Assembly (NCBI RefSeq): GCF_001644705.1
Contig: NZ_CP015137.1
Location: forward strand, 1,830,001 to 1,862,000
Source: Dickeya solani IPO 2222
Lineage (GTDB): Bacteria > Pseudomonadota > Gammaproteobacteria > Enterobacterales > Enterobacteriaceae
Direction of reading: 5' to 3'
DNA length: 32,000 nt
Below, piece after piece: positions 8,602 to 17,476 of the stretch. Both the position numbers and the translations under genes were made by a program. The notes beneath the pieces are model-generated. The model saw only the letters and a program-made list of their open reading frames with translations. It had not been told where the DNA came from and ran no database searches. The stretch's first letter is position 1. Each line of letters opens with the position of its first letter.

Positions 8602-11600
8602 TTAGCCAATCGTCATCAGACTCGCATTCCCGCCGGCCGCCGCCGTGTTGATACTGAGCGAACGCTCGATCAGCAGCCGCTCCAGCACAATGTCGGTTTC
8701 CCCGCGGGACAACCCCTGCACACCGACAATCGCGCCGGCGCGCTGTGCCAGTTGTTCGCTCAGGTGGCGCAACCGATCGGCGTCGCCATGAAAAATCGCC
8801 GCATCAAACCGGCTGTCATCAGTCAACCCGTCACGACAAAACGCCACCCGCGCCTGCACAGTCTCGGGCAGTTGCCGATACAGCGCCTGCCGTTCGGGCG
8901 CCTCGACCCACAACGCCCGGCTGCCTGCCGCCAGCACCGCCGCCAGTTGCACCAGCGCGTCATCGTCGTTGTCCGCCACGCATAGCACCTGCTCGCGCGG
9001 CAGCAGCGTATAGGTATCGCGCTCGCCGGTGGGGCCGGGCAACACCCGAACGGTACCGCTTTGCGTCAGCTCGGCATAACGCTGGCAACACGAGACCAGC
9101 ACCTCACGCTGACCCTGCCGCGCCCACGATTCCAGCGCCTGCAATCCGTCCAGCAGCGACCGTCGCGCAGTGACATCCGCCGGCCGCTCGCTATCCTGAC
9201 GTGCCAGCGCCCGTATCGCCGCGTCATCCGGACGGTGCGACAACAGCTGACAAAGATAGAGCGGCCCGCCCGCTTTGGGTCCGGTGCCGGACAGCCCTTC
9301 GCCGCCGAACGGCTGCACGCCGACCACCGCGCCGACCATATTGCGGTTCACATACAGGTTGCCCACCTTCGCCTGACTGGTTACCCGGGTAATCGTCTCG
9401 TCAATACGGGTATGCAGGCCAAGCGTGAGCCCGTAACCGGCGGCATTGATTTGCCCGATCAGCGCATCCAGTTGACTACGGGAGTAACGCACCACATGCA
9501 ACACCGGGCCGAACACCTCCTGCTGCAGTTCCTCCACGCTCTCCAGTTCGATCAACGTCGGCGGGACGAAATGCCCGCGCGCCCACTCCTGCCCGTCCTG
9601 GCTGTTCGGCCACGCCGCCTGAAACACCGGCCGGCCCTTCGCACGCAGAGTCTGAATATGGCGCTCAATCTGCTGTTTCGCTTCGGCGTCAATCAACGGC
9701 CCGATATCGGTGGAAAGCCGCTCCGGGTTGCCCATGCGGCACTCCGCCATCGCACCGCGCAGCATCGCCAGCGTTTTCTCCGCCACCTCCTCCTGCACGC
9801 ACAGCAACCGCAGGGCGGAGCAGCGCTGACCGGCGCTGTCGAACGCCGAGGTCACCACATCCGTCACCACTTGTTCGGTGAGCGCCGAAGAATCGACAAT
9901 CATCGCGTTTATGCCGCCGGTTTCGGCGATAAGCGGCGTAGTACGCCCCTGCGGGTCGAGCCGTCCGGCCAGCGTACGCTGCAACTGCGCGGCGACAACG
10001 GTGGAACCGGTAAACATCACCCCGCGTACCCGGTCGTCGCTCACCAACGCCGCGCCAACGGTTTCACCCGCACCCGGCAACAATTGCAGCGCACCGGCGG
10101 GCACCCCGGCCTCATGCAGAATCTGCACCGCCTGAGCGGCAATCAGCGGGGTCTGTTCCGCCGGTTTGGCTAGCACGCTGTTGCCGGCCGCCAGCGCCGC
10201 CGCTATCTGACCGGTGAAAATCGCCAGTGGGAAGTTCCACGGGCTGATACACACCACCGGACCCAGCGGGCGGTAGTCATGATTGTTAAAAGTTTCGCTG
10301 ACCTGAGCGGCGTAGTAACGCAGGAAATCCACCGCTTCGCGCACTTCCGCAACCGCGTTCGCCAGCGTCTTGCCCGCCTCGCGCACCAGCAATCCCAACA
10401 GGTGCTGTTGTTGGCTTTCCAGCAGTTCGGCGGCGCGCGACAGAATCGCCGCCCGCTCGGTAGCCGGCGTGGCGAACCAGATGCCGCCTGCGCTGACGGC
10501 CTGCTCCAGCGCCAGCGCGATGTGCTGTGGTTGCGACTCGCGCACATATCCCACTACATCGCGCGGTTCAGCCGGGTTGACCACCGGGCGACGGTCACCG
10601 CTGGCATCGTTTTCCACCGCCAGCATCGGTTGCGCCTGCCACGACCGGGCGGCGCTAGCCAGTAATGCGCTGGACAGCGACGCCAGCCGGTGTTCGCTGG
10701 ACAAATCCAGCCCGCCGGCATTGCGCCGCGTTTTGCCATACAACGCGCGCGGCAGGGGAATGCGCGGATGCGGTTGCCCGGCCAACCCTTCACGCACCGC
10801 CAGCGCTTCCGCATCACCTACCGGGTCGGCCACCAGCGTTTCCAGCGCCACCGACGGGTCGGCAATCCGGTTGACAAACGAGGTGTTGGCGCCGTTTTCC
10901 AGCAAACGGCGCACCAGATAGGCCAGCAAGGTTTCATGGGTGCCGACCGGCGCGTAAATCCGGCACGGGCGGTTTAGTTTGCCGTCCGCCACCTTGCCCA
11001 CTACCTGCTGATACAAGGGTTCGCCCATGCCGTGCAGGCACTGGAATTCATACTGGCCCGGGTAGTAGTTGTTGCCCGCCAGATGGTAGATCGCGCTAAG
11101 CGTATGGGCGTTGTGGGTGGCGAACTGCGGGTAGATCAGGCTCGGCGTCGCCAGCAAGCGACGGGCGCAGGCCAGATAGGAAACATCGGTGTACAGCTTG
11201 CGGGTGTACACCGGATAGCCTTCTAACCCGTCCATCTGGGCGCGCTTGATTTCGCTGTCCCAGTAGGCGCCTTTGACCAGCCGAATCATCAGCCGCCGCT
11301 GGCTGCGGCGCGCCAGATCGATCAGCGAGTCAATCACGAACGGACAGCGTTTCTGATAAGCCTGAATCACAAAGCCGATGCCGTTCCACCCCGCCAGCCG
11401 GGGTTCAAAACACAGGCGCTCCAGTAAGTCGAGGGACAGTTCCAGCCGGTCGGCCTCTTCGGCATCGATGTTGATGCCGATATCGTATTGCCGCGCCAGC
11501 AGCGTCAGCGACAGCAGGCGCGGATACAGTTCGTCCATCACCCGTTCGTACTGTGCCCGACCGTAACGAGGATGCAGCGCAGATAACTTGATGGAAATGC

Positions 11601-12579
11601 CAGGCCCTTCATAAATGCCGCGTCCGCTGGCGGCTTTACCGATGGCGTGAATCGCCTGCTGGTAGGAGAGCAGGTAAGCCTCAGCGTCATCCGCGGTCAG
11701 CGCCGCCTCGCCCAGCATATCGTAGGAATAACGGAAACCACGCTCTTCCAGCTTGCGGGCATTCGCCAGCGCCTCGGCGATGGTTTCCCCGGTCACGAAC
11801 TGTTCGCCCATCAGCCGCATCGCCATGTCCACGCCCTTGCGCACCAGCGGCTCGCCGCTTTTGCTGATGATACGATTGAGCGCGCCGGACAGATGGGATT
11901 CGTTGTGAGTGGAAACCAGCTTGCCGGTGACCAGTAATCCCCAGGCGGCGGCGTTGACGAACAACGAAGCGCTGCGCCCGACGTGCGACTGCCAGTTACC
12001 GGTACTGATTTTGTCGCGGATCAACGCATCCCGCGTGGGTTTGTCCGGGATGCGCAGCAGCGCTTCCGCCAGACACATCAATGCCACCCCTTCCTGCGAC
12101 GACAGCGAAAACTCCTGCAACAGGCTTTGCACCATGCCGGCACGCCCGCCGCTGTTTTTCTGCCCGCGTAATTTCTCCGCCAGCCCTGCCGCCAGCGTGC
12201 TGGCGGCGTGCGACATCGCCTCCGGCATGCGCGCCTGTTCCAGCAGCATCGGCACCATTTCCGTTTCCGGCCGCCGGTACGCGGCGGTGATCGCCGAGCG
12301 CAGCACCGACTGCGGCAACACCTGTTCCGCGAAGTCCAAAAACGGTTGATGGGTTTCTTCTTGTGGCGATTGCGGCATAATCTCTGCCGACTCAATCAGC
12401 TCCTGCCCGGTCGGATGAGGAATTTCAGGGGTGTCCGCACCACTTTCAAGGCGTTCAAGATAGCTGAAAATGGCCTGTTTAATCAGCCAGTGCGGCGTGC
12501 GATCAATGCGCTGCGCTGCGGTTTTGAGCCGCTCGCGCGTGGCCTCATCGAGCTTGACGCCCATGGTGGTGGTGCCCAT
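8602..12579 (-). CDS. putA: Bifunctional proline dehydrogenase / 1-pyrroline-5-carboxylate dehydrogenase and transcriptional repressor PutA
   Basis: 1325 aa, compared with 1320 aa in E. coli. The N-terminal ribbon-helix-helix region MGTTTMGVKLDEATRERLKTAAQRIDRTPHWLIKQAIFSYLERLE is almost identical to E. coli PutA. AGGAG lies upstream of the ATG. Confidence 0.97.
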   Translation of the reverse strand: MGTTTMGVKLDEATRERLKTAAQRIDRTPHWLIKQAIFSYLERLESGADTPEIPHPTGQELIESAEIMPQSPQEETHQPFLDFAEQVLPQSVLRSAITAAYRRPETEMVPMLLEQARMPEAMSHAASTLAAGLAEKLRGQKNSGGRAGMVQSLLQEFSLSSQEGVALMCLAEALLRIPDKPTRDALIRDKISTGNWQSHVGRSASLFVNAAAWGLLVTGKLVSTHNESHLSGALNRIISKSGEPLVRKGVDMAMRLMGEQFVTGETIAEALANARKLEERGFRYSYDMLGEAALTADDAEAYLLSYQQAIHAIGKAASGRGIYEGPGISIKLSALHPRYGRAQYERVMDELYPRLLSLTLLARQYDIGINIDAEEADRLELSLDLLERLCFEPRLAGWNGIGFVIQAYQKRCPFVIDSLIDLARRSQRRLMIRLVKGAYWDSEIKRAQMDGLEGYPVYTRKLYTDVSYLACARRLLATPSLIYPQFATHNAHTLSAIYHLAGNNYYPGQYEFQCLHGMGEPLYQQVVGKVADGKLNRPCRIYAPVGTHETLLAYLVRRLLENGANTSFVNRIADPSVALETLVADPVGDAEALAVREGLAGQPHPRIPLPRALYGKTRRNAGGLDLSSEHRLASLSSALLASAARSWQAQPMLAVENDASGDRRPVVNPAEPRDVVGYVRESQPQHIALALEQAVSAGGIWFATPATERAAILSRAAELLESQQQHLLGLLVREAGKTLANAVAEVREAVDFLRYYAAQVSETFNNHDYRPLGPVVCISPWNFPLAIFTGQIAAALAAGNSVLAKPAEQTPLIAAQAVQILHEAGVPAGALQLLPGAGETVGAALVSDDRVRGVMFTGSTVVAAQLQRTLAGRLDPQGRTTPLIAETGGINAMIVDSSALTEQVVTDVVTSAFDSAGQRCSALRLLCVQEEVAEKTLAMLRGAMAECRMGNPERLSTDIGPLIDAEAKQQIERHIQTLRAKGRPVFQAAWPNSQDGQEWARGHFVPPTLIELESVEELQQEVFGPVLHVVRYSRSQLDALIGQINAAGYGLTLGLHTRIDETITRVTSQAKVGNLYVNRNMVGAVVGVQPFGGEGLSGTGPKAGGPLYLCQLLSHRPDDAAIRALARQDSERPADVTARRSLLDGLQALESWARQGQREVLVSCCQRYAELTQSGTVRVLPGPTGERDTYTLLPREQVLCVADNDDDALVQLAAVLAAGSRALWVEAPERQALYRQLPETVQARVAFCRDGLTDDSRFDAAIFHGDADRLRHLSEQLAQRAGAIVGVQGLSRGETDIVLERLLIERSLSINTAAAGGNASLMTIG

Positions 12580-12632
12580 ATCCGCTCCTGTTATAAGAAA
12601 GTTGTGTTGGCAAACAGAATCACTATCGAGCA

Positions 12633-12652
12633 GGTTGCAACTTTGTGCAACC
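12633..12652. promoter_or_regulatory. PutA operator dyad in the put control region
   Basis: GGTTGCA-actttg-TGCAACC is a perfect 7-bp inverted repeat containing the established PutA recognition hexamer GTTGCA on both strands. It lies in the putA/putP divergent intergenic region. Confidence 0.6.
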
Positions 12653-12768
12653 TTGTTAATAAATTACGCTTTTCACTATATTGCTGCCCGTTTTTCTGAT
12701 CGGATAGCCGGTTAGCCCGGCGACGCCCGCAAGGTTTTCCTTTGCGGTTGTCTGGCCGTCAGATGAAA

Positions 12769-12777
12769 GGTGCAACC
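12769..12777. promoter_or_regulatory. Additional PutA-type half site
   Basis: GGTGCAACC contains TGCAAC, the reverse complement of GTTGCA. It is embedded in a 12-nt direct repeat, GTGCAACCTTGT, also present at 12645..12656. Confidence 0.45.
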
Positions 12778-12860
12778 TTGTAGCAATGACATCGAATCCG
12801 TGACCGCTCTGAGTTTGTCGGGGCGCAGGACTGACGGATCTCATCACAATGGAGAACACA

Positions 12861-14360
12861 ATGACGACGATGAGCACACCCTTGCTGGTCACCTTTCTGG
12901 TGTACATCTTCGGGATGGTGTTGATCGGCCTGATGGCCTATCGCGCCACCAATAACTTTGGCGACTATATTCTGGGTGGCCGCCGTATGGGGAGTGTGGT
13001 CACCGCGCTGTCCGCCGGCGCGTCCGACATGAGCGGCTGGCTGCTGATGGGGTTGCCGGGCGCGGTGTTTCTGTCCGGCATTTCTGAAAGCTGGATCGCC
13101 ATCGGCCTGACCATCGGCGCCTATCTGAACTGGACCTGGGTGGCCGGGCGCCTGCGGGTGCACACCGAGATCAACCATAACGCCCTGACGCTGCCGGACT
13201 ATTTCAGCCATCGCTTTGAAGACAAAAGCAAATTGCTGCGGGTGATTTCGGCGCTGGTGATTCTGGTGTTCTTCACTATTTATTGCGCCTCCGGCATCGT
13301 GGCGGGCGCCCGTTTATTCGAAAGCACCTTCAATATGGATTACAGTACCGCGATGTGGGCCGGTGCTGCGGCCACCATCGCCTACACCTTTATCGGCGGC
13401 TATCTGGCGGTCAGTTGGACCGACACCGTGCAGGCCAGCCTGATGATTTTCGCGCTGATCCTGACGCCGGTCATCGTCATTCTGTCGGTAGGCGGCATCA
13501 CGCCCTCGCTGGCGGTGATCGAAGGCAAAAACCCGGCCAATCTGGATATGTTCAAAGGGCTGGACACCATCGCCATCCTGTCGTTGTTGGGCTGGGGGTT
13601 GGGCTACTTCGGTCAACCGCATATTCTGGCGCGTTTCATGGCGGCGGACTCACACCACACGATCCGCAATGCCCGTCGTATCAGCATGACCTGGATGGTG
13701 CTCTGTCTGGCTGGGGCCGTCACCGTCGGGTTCTTCGGCATCGCCTATTTCACCGGCAACCCCGACCAGTCGGGTAACGTCAGTCAGAACGGCGAACGGG
13801 TGTTCATCGAACTGGCGCGCCTGCTGTTTAACCCGTGGATCGCCGGCGTGCTGCTGTCGGCCATTCTGGCGGCGGTGATGAGTACGCTCAGTTGCCAGTT
13901 GCTGGTCTGCTCCAGCGCCATCACCGAAGATCTGTACAAACCGTTCCTGCGCAAAAACGCCAGCCAGAAAGAGCTGGTGTGGGTCGGTCGCGCCATGGTG
14001 CTGCTGGTGTCGGTAGTGGCGATTGCGCTGGCGGTGAACCCGGAAAACCGGGTGCTGGGGTTGGTCAGTTACGCCTGGGCCGGCTTCGGCGCCGCCTTCG
14101 GTCCGGTGATTCTGATTTCCCTGCTGTGGCCGCGGATGACCCGCAATGGCGCGCTGGTCGGTATGCTGGTCGGCGCCGCCACGGTAATCATCTGGAAACA
14201 GTACGGCTGGCTGAATCTGTATGAAATCATCCCCGGTTTCCTGCTGTCCTGCGCCGCGATTGTGGTGGTCAGCCTGCTGGGCCGCGCCCCTTCCTCCACC
14301 GTGACTGAGCGTTTCCATCAGGCCGAGCGGGAGTTTAAATCCGCGCCGGCGGATGCCTGA
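12861..14360 (+). CDS. putP: Sodium/proline symporter PutP
   Basis: Colinear with E. coli PutP (502 aa) along its whole length. GGAGA lies 5 nt upstream of ATG 12861, and MTTMSTPLLVTF aligns with E. coli MAISTPMLVTF. The ORF-track ATG at 12849 has no SD and is a less likely alternative start. Confidence 0.92.
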   Translation: MTTMSTPLLVTFLVYIFGMVLIGLMAYRATNNFGDYILGGRRMGSVVTALSAGASDMSGWLLMGLPGAVFLSGISESWIAIGLTIGAYLNWTWVAGRLRVHTEINHNALTLPDYFSHRFEDKSKLLRVISALVILVFFTIYCASGIVAGARLFESTFNMDYSTAMWAGAAATIAYTFIGGYLAVSWTDTVQASLMIFALILTPVIVILSVGGITPSLAVIEGKNPANLDMFKGLDTIAILSLLGWGLGYFGQPHILARFMAADSHHTIRNARRISMTWMVLCLAGAVTVGFFGIAYFTGNPDQSGNVSQNGERVFIELARLLFNPWIAGVLLSAILAAVMSTLSCQLLVCSSAITEDLYKPFLRKNASQKELVWVGRAMVLLVSVVAIALAVNPENRVLGLVSYAWAGFGAAFGPVILISLLWPRMTRNGALVGMLVGAATVIIWKQYGWLNLYEIIPGFLLSCAAIVVVSLLGRAPSSTVTERFHQAEREFKSAPADA

Positions 14361-14424
14361 TCCCCAGATAACGACATACCCAGATAACAATATTTCCAGA
14401 TAACAACATCCCCAGATAACAACA
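14361..14424. repeat. Four tandem 16-bp repeats with core CCAGATAAC
   Basis: The units are tccccagataacgaca, tacccagataacaata, tttccagataacaaca and tccccagataacaaca. The array begins at the base after the putP stop codon. Confidence 0.9.
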
Positions 14425-14425
14425 A

Positions 14426-14443
14426 GGCCCGAATCATCGGGCC
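14426..14443. terminator. Hairpin between convergent putP and the small minus-strand ORF
   Basis: GGCCCGA-atca-TCGGGCC. The T-rich sequence follows on the minus strand (ttgttgtt). Confidence 0.5.
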
Positions 14444-14446
14444 GTA

Positions 14447-14848
14447 TTATGGGTGAGTCACGGTAATGCGGGTTTTCAATGTTTCATAATCACCATGAAG
14501 GCGGATGCGGTTATCCAGTCGGTACACATCGCCGGTCACGTTAATCGCCAGCACGCCATCCTGCATACGGATATCCGCGTCGCGGCTGTTAGTCTTGAGC
14601 ACATCCACCGCTTCCCCGCCGTTCACGCTGACGGTATACCGATAGACAAATCCCACCGTTGCCCCTCCATTTTCGAGCTGGAGCAGATTCACCGTGACGT
14701 TATCTTCAAGCTGGTATTGTCTCACCAGGTTGTAATCATCATCCGACCAATAGAAAAAGGCCAAAAGCATCACGAACAAAGCGGTAATAGCGACCGTTAA
14801 CCACGACAACGAGAAGGGAAACGCCTTAACCACCTTTATTTCCTGCAT
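14447..14848 (-). CDS. Hypothetical membrane-anchored protein (one N-terminal TM helix plus a beta-rich domain); no family recognised
   Basis: 133-aa ORF with host-like codon usage (ctg, gtg, gcg, acc, ggc). It has a hydrophobic segment, LSWLTVAITALFVMLLAFFYW. The opposite-strand ORF 14453..14800 has an implausible His/Ile-rich composition. The SD is weak. Confidence 0.65.
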   Translation of the reverse strand: MQEIKVVKAFPFSLSWLTVAITALFVMLLAFFYWSDDDYNLVRQYQLEDNVTVNLLQLENGGATVGFVYRYTVSVNGGEAVDVLKTNSRDADIRMQDGVLAINVTGDVYRLDNRIRLHGDYETLKTRITVTHP

Positions 14849-14882
14849 CGCTCATCCATGCCCTATGTGGCTGATAGATTGC

Positions 14883-14916
14883 AAAAAAAAACGGGGCGCA
14901 ATCGGCGCCCCGTTTT
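14883..14916 (-). terminator. Rho-independent terminator of ilvC
   Basis: On the minus strand, AACGGGGCGCcgattGCGCCCCGTT is followed by nine T. It lies 25 nt downstream of the ilvC stop. Confidence 0.85.
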
Positions 14917-14940
14917 GATATGCGATAAGTTCTACTGGCC

Positions 14941-16419
14941 TTAACCAGCCACCGCGATGCGTTTCATGTCGGTCATGTAGCCGCGCAGTTTCTTACCGAT
15001 GACTTCGATCGGATGGTTGCGGATAGCATCGTTCACGTCGCGCAGCTGCGCGTTATCCACGCCGGTCGCCGCAACCGGTTTGCCCAGGTCGCCCGGTTGC
15101 AGGCTGTCCATGAACGCGCCTTTCAGCAGCGGAACAGCGGCGTTGGCGAACAGGTAGTTACCGTATTCAGCGGTATCGGAGATCACCACGTTCATTTCAT
15201 ACAGACGCTTACGGGCGATGGTATTGGCGATCAGCGGCAGTTCGTGCAGCGACTCGTAGTAGGCGGACTCTTCGATGATGCCGGAGCTAACCATAGTTTC
15301 GAACGCCAGTTCCACGCCGGCTTTCACCATCGCAATCATCAGTACGCCGTGATCGAAGTATTCCTGCTCGGCGATTTTACCGTCAAACTGCGACGCGTTT
15401 TCAAACGCGGTTTTACCGGTTTCTTCACGCCAGGTCAGCAGTTTCACGTCGTCGTTGGCCCAGTCGGCCATCATGCCGCTGGAGAACGCGCCGGAGATGA
15501 TGTCGTCCATGTGTTTCTGGAACAACGGCGCCATAATGCCTTTCAGCTGTTCAGACAGGGCGAAAGCGCGCAGTTTAGCCGGGTTGGACAGACGGTCCAG
15601 CATCAGAGTGATGCCGCCCTGCTTCAGCGCTTCGGTGATGGTTTCCCAGCCGAACTGAATCAGTTTTTCCGCGTAAGCCGGGTCAACGCCTTCCGCAACC
15701 AGCTTATCGAAGCTCAGCAGAGAACCCGCCTGCAGCATGCCGCACAGAATAGTCTGCTCGCCCATCAGGTCGGACTTCACTTCCGCCACGAAAGACGACT
15801 CCAGCACGCCGGCACGGTGACCGCCGGTTGCGGCTGCCCAGGCCTTGGCGATCGCCATGCCTTCGCCTTTCGGGTCGTTTTCCGGGTGAACGGCGATCAG
15901 CGTCGGCACGCCGAAACCACGTTTGTATTCTTCACGCACTTCGGTGCCTGGGCACTTCGGCGCCACCATCACTACAGTGATGTCTTTACGAACCTGCTCG
16001 CCCACTTCAACAATGTTGAAGCCGTGGGAATAACCCAGCGCCGCGCCCTGTTTCATCAGCGGCTGTACCGCCTGCACCACGGCGGAGTGCTGTTTGTCCG
16101 GCGTCAGGTTAACCACCAGGTCCGCCTGCGGGATCAGTTCTTCATAAGTGCCGACTTTAAAGCCGTTTTCAGTCGCTTTGCGCCATGACGCACGTTTTTC
16201 GGCGATAGCTTCGGCACGCAGGGCGTAGGCGATATCCAGACCGGAATCACGCATGTTCAGACCCTGGTTCAGCCCCTGAGCGCCACACCCTACGATGACC
16301 ACTTTTTTGCCTTTCAGGTAGCTGGCTTCGTCGGCGAATTCATCGCGGCCCATAAAACGGCACTTGCCCAGTTGCGCCAGTTGCTGACGCAGGTTCAGTG
16401 TATTGAAGTAATTGGCCAT
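14941..16419 (-). CDS. ilvC: Ketol-acid reductoisomerase
   Basis: 492 aa, near-identical in sequence and length to E. coli IlvC (491 aa), from [23 protein letters not shown] to KRIAVAG. Confidence 0.98.
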   Translation of the reverse strand: MANYFNTLNLRQQLAQLGKCRFMGRDEFADEASYLKGKKVVIVGCGAQGLNQGLNMRDSGLDIAYALRAEAIAEKRASWRKATENGFKVGTYEELIPQADLVVNLTPDKQHSAVVQAVQPLMKQGAALGYSHGFNIVEVGEQVRKDITVVMVAPKCPGTEVREEYKRGFGVPTLIAVHPENDPKGEGMAIAKAWAAATGGHRAGVLESSFVAEVKSDLMGEQTILCGMLQAGSLLSFDKLVAEGVDPAYAEKLIQFGWETITEALKQGGITLMLDRLSNPAKLRAFALSEQLKGIMAPLFQKHMDDIISGAFSSGMMADWANDDVKLLTWREETGKTAFENASQFDGKIAEQEYFDHGVLMIAMVKAGVELAFETMVSSGIIEESAYYESLHELPLIANTIARKRLYEMNVVISDTAEYGNYLFANAAVPLLKGAFMDSLQPGDLGKPVAATGVDNAQLRDVNDAIRNHPIEVIGKKLRGYMTDMKRIAVAG

Positions 16420-16516
16420 GAGGCGTGCTCCATCTGATATTGTGTTTGCGTTTGCTTTATGTTCGGGACAGCGGTAACCACCGCCATCAGAATGTCATTA
16501 TGATATGACAGGAAAT

Positions 16517-16566
16517 ACATTGCTTAAATTGATATATTAACAACGTCACATTGCAAGAATTGCAAC
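16517..16566. promoter_or_regulatory. Candidate tandem IlvY operators in the ilvY/ilvC divergent region
   Basis: Two related sites lie 31 bp apart: ACATTGCttaAATTGATAT (16517..16535) and ACATTGCaagAATTGCAAC (16548..16566). The second contains the dyad TTGCAA-gaa-TTGCAA, which fits the LysR T-N11-A pattern. E. coli IlvY is known to bind tandem operators in the equivalent region. Confidence 0.5.
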
Positions 16567-16588
16567 ATAAAAACGAGACACTGCGCGC

Positions 16589-17476
16589 ATGGACTTACGG
16601 GATCTGAAATTGTTTTTGCATCTGGTGGAGAGCCGCCACTTCGGCCGCACCGCCAAGGCGATGCACATCAGTCCCTCCACGCTATCGCGCCAGATTCAGC
16701 GGCTGGAAGAGGATATCGGCCAGACGCTGTTTTTGCGCGACAACCGCACCGTGCGCCTGACCGATGCCGGCGAGCACCTGAAAACCTTCGCCCAGCAGAC
16801 CCTGCTGCAATACCAGCAGTTGCGCCTGATTCTGCAACAACGCGGTCAGTCGCTCTGCGGCGAACTGCGGCTGTTTTGCTCGGTGACCGCCGCTTACAGC
16901 CACCTTCCGCCGATTCTGGATCGCTTTCGCGCGCGGTATCCGCTGGTGGAAATCAAGCTCACTACCGGCGACGCCGCCGACGCGGTGGACAAGGTGCAAT
17001 CCAACGAGGCCGACCTCGGTATCGCCGGTCATCCGGAAACGTTGCCCGGCAGCGTGGATTTCATGCCGATTGGCAAAGTGCCGCTGGTGCTGATCATTCC
17101 GGCGCTGCCCTGCCCGGTGCAGGCGCAGGCCTTGCAGCCGCATCCGGACTGGTCGCAAATTCCGTTCATCCTGCCGGAACATGGCCCGGTGCGAAAAAGA
17201 ATTGACGTCTGGTTCCGCCGTCAGCACATTACCAATCCGCCCATTTACGCTACCGTGTCCGGCCATGAAGCGATGGTTTCGATGGTGGCGCTGGGCTGCG
17301 GTATCGCCCTGATCCCTGACGTGGTACTTGAAAACAGTCCGGAACCGGTGCGTAATCGTGTGTCGATATTGGAAGCGCAAGCCATGGAACCGTTCGAACT
17401 GGGCGTCTGCGTGCAGAAAAAGCGCCTGAACGACCCGTTGATAGCGGCATTTTGGGAAACCCTACAGGAAAAATGA
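16589..17476 (+). CDS. ilvY: LysR-family transcriptional activator of ilvC
   Basis: 295 aa, colinear with E. coli IlvY (297 aa), starting MDLRDLKLFLHLVESRHFGRTAKAMHISPSTLSRQIQRLEEDIGQ. It is divergent from ilvC. Confidence 0.95.
   Translation: MDLRDLKLFLHLVESRHFGRTAKAMHISPSTLSRQIQRLEEDIGQTLFLRDNRTVRLTDAGEHLKTFAQQTLLQYQQLRLILQQRGQSLCGELRLFCSVTAAYSHLPPILDRFRARYPLVEIKLTTGDAADAVDKVQSNEADLGIAGHPETLPGSVDFMPIGKVPLVLIIPALPCPVQAQALQPHPDWSQIPFILPEHGPVRKRIDVWFRRQHITNPPIYATVSGHEAMVSMVALGCGIALIPDVVLENSPEPVRNRVSILEAQAMEPFELGVCVQKKRLNDPLIAAFWETLQEK

Noticed and set aside
14361-14424. Possibility that the 16-bp repeat arrays (also 19084..19163) are CRISPR arrays
   Set aside because: The units are directly adjacent with no spacers, are only 16 bp long, and number 4-5 copies. 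No cas genes are present in the window.
15013-16188. A 391-aa plus-strand ORF inside ilvC. Similar long antisense ORFs lie inside ilvA (19149..20453), putA (9061..10173 and others), rep (7045..8202), putP and ilvG.
   Set aside because: All are antisense or out of frame relative to genes with clear orthology. Their sequences are low in complexity (R/H/G/Q-rich) and none has translation signals. They are treated as frame artefacts of high GC content.
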